This document shows positions 58,501 through 64,000 of a stretch of 64,000 bases of DNA, one piece after another. Below the pieces are notes generated by a model, which saw only the letters and a list, made by a program, of their open reading frames with translations, searched no databases and was not told where the DNA came from. Source of the stretch: Catajapyx aquilonaris (taxonomy: Eukaryota). A program made the position numbers and the translations under genes. Every line of letters begins with the position of its first letter. The first letter of the stretch is position 1. The stretch covers positions 1-64,000 of the forward strand of contig JYFJ02000514.1 of NCBI GenBank assembly GCA_000934665.2. The letters are read 5' to 3'.

Positions 58501-61500
58501 GGTATGCTGTGGTTGAAAAGCTGGCCGGAAAGTAATTCAGTGCATGATTAGATCCGAGGGAGGTGCAGCTTTTTTTTTATTTTTTTTTTATTTTTTGGAG
58601 GAGGCGACGAAGTGAAGAGGGGGGCGCCTTTGGTAAAGTCGAATCTGCGCTCTGATGGATCTGCTGCCCGTCCAATCTGTCACTGTCATACCGGGGGCTT
58701 TTGTGCTGCAGCAGCCCAGGGTATGACTTCCTCCTACATGCAGCAGGCAGCCTCCTTCATCCAACCACCATGCTGCGGGATATAACCCGCAGCAGAGAGA
58801 ATAGAGCATGCTGATGGCACATTCCGAAACGTCCCATGCGTCGCCAAACGACGACACGCGTCGTACCAGTCACACCTGCGTCGTCTCTCATCCACGTCGA
58901 GACTGCTCGCATTTTTCAAGCATCTAAAAAGAAATGACCGACATGAACGCATGTGAAAATGTGTCGACTGGAATAGCCCCAAGTAAGCACCCATGGATAT
59001 CCAAATATCCACTGGAGATTCAGTGGATATCCATGGGATTTTCCAAAGCGATTCGTGCTACTTGTAAAAATGAAGCACAACTCTCTCTAGCAAACTAACC
59101 CGGTGCTTATTAATATTTCGACATGGATGCAGGATGGAGCTGGTTATAATTTTATGAGGAAAACAGTGCAATATGCTGGGTTGCCAAGTTGACTATGTGG
59201 ACACCCCCTTGCTGCCAGAGAGTGCTGCGGATTTTAATGAGCGGTCAAATTACTCGGAATGCAAACGTGCATTAACACATTATCCGACAACAAAGACAAA
59301 ATTTTGCGTATGTGGGGTAATTAAAGTGCGATAACTGATATTCGGAGGCATTTTAAATGGGCGTCACGATTTTTATTTGATCGCTATTAATAGTTATTGA
59401 TCGTCGGCAATCTGGCTGGTAATAGCGTCGCGTCACGATTGATTGGCACGTGCTGACTAATAGTCGCACATTTACGCCACTTTTTGCGAACATAGTGACT
59501 GCCAATAACTATAACCCCGCTTAACTTTTCTTACAGAGAGCAGCGTTGCCAATTTGGTTAGGTGTGTCCAAACGGAGTGATTGGACCTGTCAGCACGTGT
59601 TTTCGATTAGTGATTTGTGTTTGATGGCGATGACGTGCCTTGCAGGGCTGCACCTCGAAGTCGGAATCGAATAATGAGAGAGAGGAAGCTTGATTTGACT
59701 CGAGGATGGAATGCCTTTTCCCCCCTCCACCCTCCTCCTCTAAAACCGTTTCTCACCCACGTCCCTTTCGTATTGATCGCACCGTAATTCAATAATAAGG
59801 GGAGAGAGAAGTTGTAGTAGTATTTTTGGTAAGGCTTGATGGTTGGGAGGGTTTGGGGGAGGGAGAGATATATATAACCAAACTCTATATCTAGGTCCCC
59901 CCATGCATTTTCTTGGTAGCCGCGCCCTTCCTGACGGAGGAAATTGGCCGTTACGTCTTCCGATAAGGATATTGTTCCGGAGCTTCAGCAGGAAAAGGGT
60001 TGGGCCTCTCTATCCCTTGTATTATAACGTGTATCACTCTCCGCCAGCCCAGCCAGACCCACGCTGGTTTCACTCCGAAGGTGTTTATTAAGTTCCTATC
60101 AATTACTCGGGGGGACAAATTCAGCCTTATTGTGATTAATCGTCCGCTTGAAAGCAGCACGTCTGCGCTCTTCCAGGAGACCGTCAACCGCATACAGACA
60201 CTGGAATGCAATTTTAAAACTTATTGCGCATTGCACCCTGCGAGTAATGTGTCTGTGCACGAATAATTTGCCGCATTTTATTTGCCAGGGATTTGTGAGG
60301 TTCCTGGAATACATATGTGTCTTCGAAGGAAGCTTGTATGTAATTCTGGGAGGGGTATACAGCAAAATGATTACAGCTTGCAAGGCAAGCAGAGAGAGGC
60401 AGCTATATAGGGAGGGAGGGGGGAAGTGGCCCCACTTTTATTGCCTCTACGTGGTGGAATGTTTGTTTTGTAGAGTAAACATGGCGCGTGATTGCTGCTG
60501 CCTCTCTCTTCCAGAGCTACCTTTTCTGCCATGCGTGTGTGTGTGTCCCTCTCTATGTGCTGCTCTTTTTTTTGCTGGGGCTAAGCACCACCTGAAATTC
60601 GAGCTGGACCAGGGGCCGCTCCCCACAACTTTCCCCATGCGGCCAGGCACAGGGTGTGCTCTAAACTGCTCCAGTATACGTCCGAGCCGAAAGCTGAGCA
60701 TTGGAGACACACCCTGTACCTGCTGGAGCCTATCTGATTGAAAGAGGATCCAGGGCTGTTGATGCTGCTTCTTCTCATCACCTATTGAGGGCTCCCCTCC
60801 CTCGTCATGTGACAAAAGGAACGGGCCTGGATTTTTCAAAAAAATTGTGATCAAAAGCCCTGCAGCTCTTTTTAGAGCCCCTCTTTAGAGCGAGGCATTT
60901 AGTGTGACCTCCCGTGGCATTTCGGATGTGATTATGCCACTTCACGGTCGGATTAAGTAGTGACAGTTCCCTCTCATTGGAGCCTATAGCTCTGCAATGT
61001 CGTCTCACAGGTTGGGGATGTGTCCGGGGCAAGAAACCCCCCACACTGTACGAAGCAAGTGTTGTATTTTAACTGATCCTAGGAGTACATGACGCCCGGT
61101 GTAATTGATCTGGTTTCCTTCCATCCATCCACCAGACTGATCTGGCCAGAGAGAGTCAAGGTCAGTTTTTGCTGGACAATAATCAAGAGTTACTGAGCAG
61201 TTTAGCTACTTTTTTTTTAAAGGGTTTGATAGGGGAGGAGGGTGAGGACCCGAAAAAGGTGCGCATTAATTAAAACGTGTTTTTAAAGCCAGAATTAATT
61301 GCAATACCGATATCACACTTTGCGGTCAAAGATTGACCGTCATGATGATGGGCCTCCCAGACTTGTATTACATGCGGGGTTACTGGCCATGAGAACTTTA
61401 TCTACATCAGGTAATTGTTTCCTATAGCTGCTTTGTAAGGCTTGTCACGATAAGCTGCACTGTTGATATGTATATAAAAAAAGAGTTCTGCGGTCTAATT

Positions 61501-64000
61501 ACTGACGTGGGAGTCCTGAGAGAAGGATAAGTGTTACAAGCGCACAAAAAGTGCTTAATAACACCTTGCGCTTTTTCAAGACGCTGCTGCATCACTCTGG
61601 ACATGCTGGTAACGAGGTTCTTGCACCTGTCGTCAGCATGTATCGTAGTACATCCGGGCCATTTATTTACGAACTGTTCGGCCAAATTAATTTGCAAAAA
61701 AATATGTTCTAAGGCGCGTGTTTGTATAGCAGTGCGACTACCATGTTTAGAAAGGTCTTGTCCTTCCGAGGGTGCACATCTGTTTGGCGTGCAACCTTGG
61801 CACAACCCGTGGGCGACGGTATCGACGGGCGATTCATCAAAGGCCCAGGCTGGCCCTAGAAGTGCTAAGCAACAACCCAAACAATAATTATAAATTATAC
61901 CCAGGCGGAAGGAAAGAGGCGTGTAAACGTTTTTGTCCATCACCTCTTCATATTTATTCCAAAAAAAAAGAAGAAGAGGGGGTCCTGTTATCGCCACAAC
62001 TTTATTTCTCACTCTTTCTCTTCCCCCCCTCCGAAATATTCCCCATTTGAAGGGAGGGTTGACAGAAGGGCGTGGACAACAAAGAAAACGAGAGGATTAT
62101 ATGGAATTATTTCCTTCCCATTTCTGAGCTGGAGAAACGTGCGCTGCATACTGTACGAGAATCTCTCTCTCTCTCTCTCTCTGGAACCGATTCCGTGTGT
62201 GTTCATCACGTTTCTTTTTCCTTGGCTCTTTTCACGCTCCCATTCAGGGTTTGTAGTGTTTGTTTGAGGGATGAGGCCCCAGCCAGGCCAGAGCCAGCAG
62301 GGACTGAGGAAAATGGTTGGGTTGAGAGTTGGTGGGAAGGCAAAGGCTTCTCCTCCTCAATAGAGGATTCAAAAGTGGAGCCTAATCGGCCTTGGAACGA
62401 GCAAGTCCACACAAAAGGCGGCTAACTCTACATGTTAGCCAAGCAGCTTCTTCTTCTGCTGGCCCCCACCATCATTGGACCCATCCTTTTGGCTGCAGCA
62501 CGTGCAACCATGGAAATTCTGCACTTAACCCAAAAAGTTGGTCGCAGCAGTTTGGAGAAATCCTGCCGCGAATAAGTGATGGGGAGGGGGCGGACGTATT
62601 TAATAGAGTAATTGAATGACTGCGTTTGGCGACGCATGTACAATAAGTGCATCAGTTGGGGGAGTTCGGTTGTAATCCAATCAAACTCGGGACGTCATTC
62701 AACGACAAAATTACAGGTTGCTAGAGAGGGGGGGTTTTGTCTATGGGAACGTCAAGCTGTTCCTCGAACTGTCAACAACTGTTTGAGAGCTGGCGCCGCT
62801 TAAATGCAATTTAAATGTGATTGAAGCGCCGCAATAGAAAACGAGCAAATTGCAGCGGAGTTGACAAACCTGCAAATTTGCCCCCAGAAAATACCGCTTT
62901 ATTTACACACAGTACAGGATGGGTTCGATGTCCATACAATTTCATCATCTAAGAATGCCTGAAGCGTACAGGTGCATGAAGCATTCAGCAATTAACAGAT
63001 ATTGCGTTTTCCTAATTTATTTTCTGATATATTTATGGCCGTATTTACATGCTGACATCGTCCGTCTTGAGATACACACACGACTGAAATATATATTTTT
63101 TGTTGAGTGTTACACCTGTGTGCCTTCTTGCTCAGAGGCACCCACACAGTTATAATGCATCTTGGGCCAAGTCTCGCAATGAAATAATTAAGAAACAGGC
63201 CCGCTACCGTGTAATTACCCCCGGGGGCAGAATATTCATCCCGAGAGACGAGTGTTGCGAGGTCCTTTTTCCCTTCTTCTTCTTCTCTGGGAGGGTGTTG
63301 AGTGTGATTGGCCGTGTGTTGCATATGCTGATGATGATGCAAGTGACCCAAACCAACCCTCCAGCACATGAGGGACTGGTTTTGGCCAAATAAGAGAGGC
63401 CAGTTTTGGCCAGGGTGAGAAGGAGCTAATGGCCCGTCTGCACCGTATACCCACGTCCAATCGCACGTCCTTCTAATCACAGGGTTGGAGCACAGGACTT
63501 GACAAAAGGGCATTGTTTTATCCAGTGATTATTTCGCGCCGGGGTCTACGGTACGTCTTTGGGCAGTGTACGGACTTGTTTTTTTTCTTCTTCTTCTCCG
63601 CCACGTAAACCATTTCCTGGCTGTCAGCAACATGTTATGCCACACGTGAGATTCACGCCAATTTTGGGAGGGTACCGCAAATCCAAGCAAGAGGTGGTGA
63701 AAAGGCCACGACCTCTGATCACCACTGTTGCCAACTTAATTGCCCTCTTCCTCAGCCTCAGAAACCTTTTGGGGGGACGTGATGTTGTCAGCCCTGATTG
63801 TTATCATCTGACAAGAGCACCTGCTGGAATGTTCCCCCCCAGACATTTTTGCGTTGTTAATTCGCACCGGCGACAGTCCTTCAACATGTCATGACAAGAG
63901 TCTGCTGCTGCCACCCTCCCAAAAAAACTCTCCGTTTTATTTTTTTTGCTGGCCTTCTTCTAAAGGCTCCTGCACCTTCTTAAAGGCCCTCTTGGTCGCT

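Noticed and set aside
55576..64000. Additional genes, further slit exons, or enrichment of Sim/Tango ACGTG midline elements
   Set aside because: The ORFs lack recognisable domains, no 72-nt LRR exon was identified, and the ACGTG count is about what chance predicts for this length.

Overview
This is eukaryotic, intron-containing DNA, most likely from an insect or other arthropod (inferred from the alpha-tubulin tails and short introns). In order, the window holds: three tandem alpha-tubulin genes, where copies 1 and 3 come from a ~4.5 kb segmental duplication and all three look homogenised by gene conversion; nested hAT MITEs carrying a minisatellite; SGSM3/RUTBC3; a stand-alone Sts/UBASH3/EPPase-type histidine phosphatase; ERGIC1 (-) head-to-head with PERK/EIF2AK3 (+), with a perfect ERSE between them; and a tandem pair of FBXL18-like F-box/LRR genes. 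The first FBXL18 copy carries, between its promoter and first coding exon, an intact 323-aa Transib (RAG1-like) ORF whose catalytic core is replaced by a pentapeptide repeat. The second copy has introns loaded with MITEs and a SINE. The window ends with an uncharacterised secreted cysteine-rich cbEGF gene (-), a divergent Elongin-C, and exon 1 plus a long intron of slit. The best leads are the possibly domesticated Transib protein, two co-varying pre-miRNA-like hairpins downstream of SGSM3, the ERSE and uORFs at ERGIC1/PERK, and a duplicated spliced leader that could give an MFREC alpha-tubulin. All homology calls are from recall of family motifs; no searches were run.
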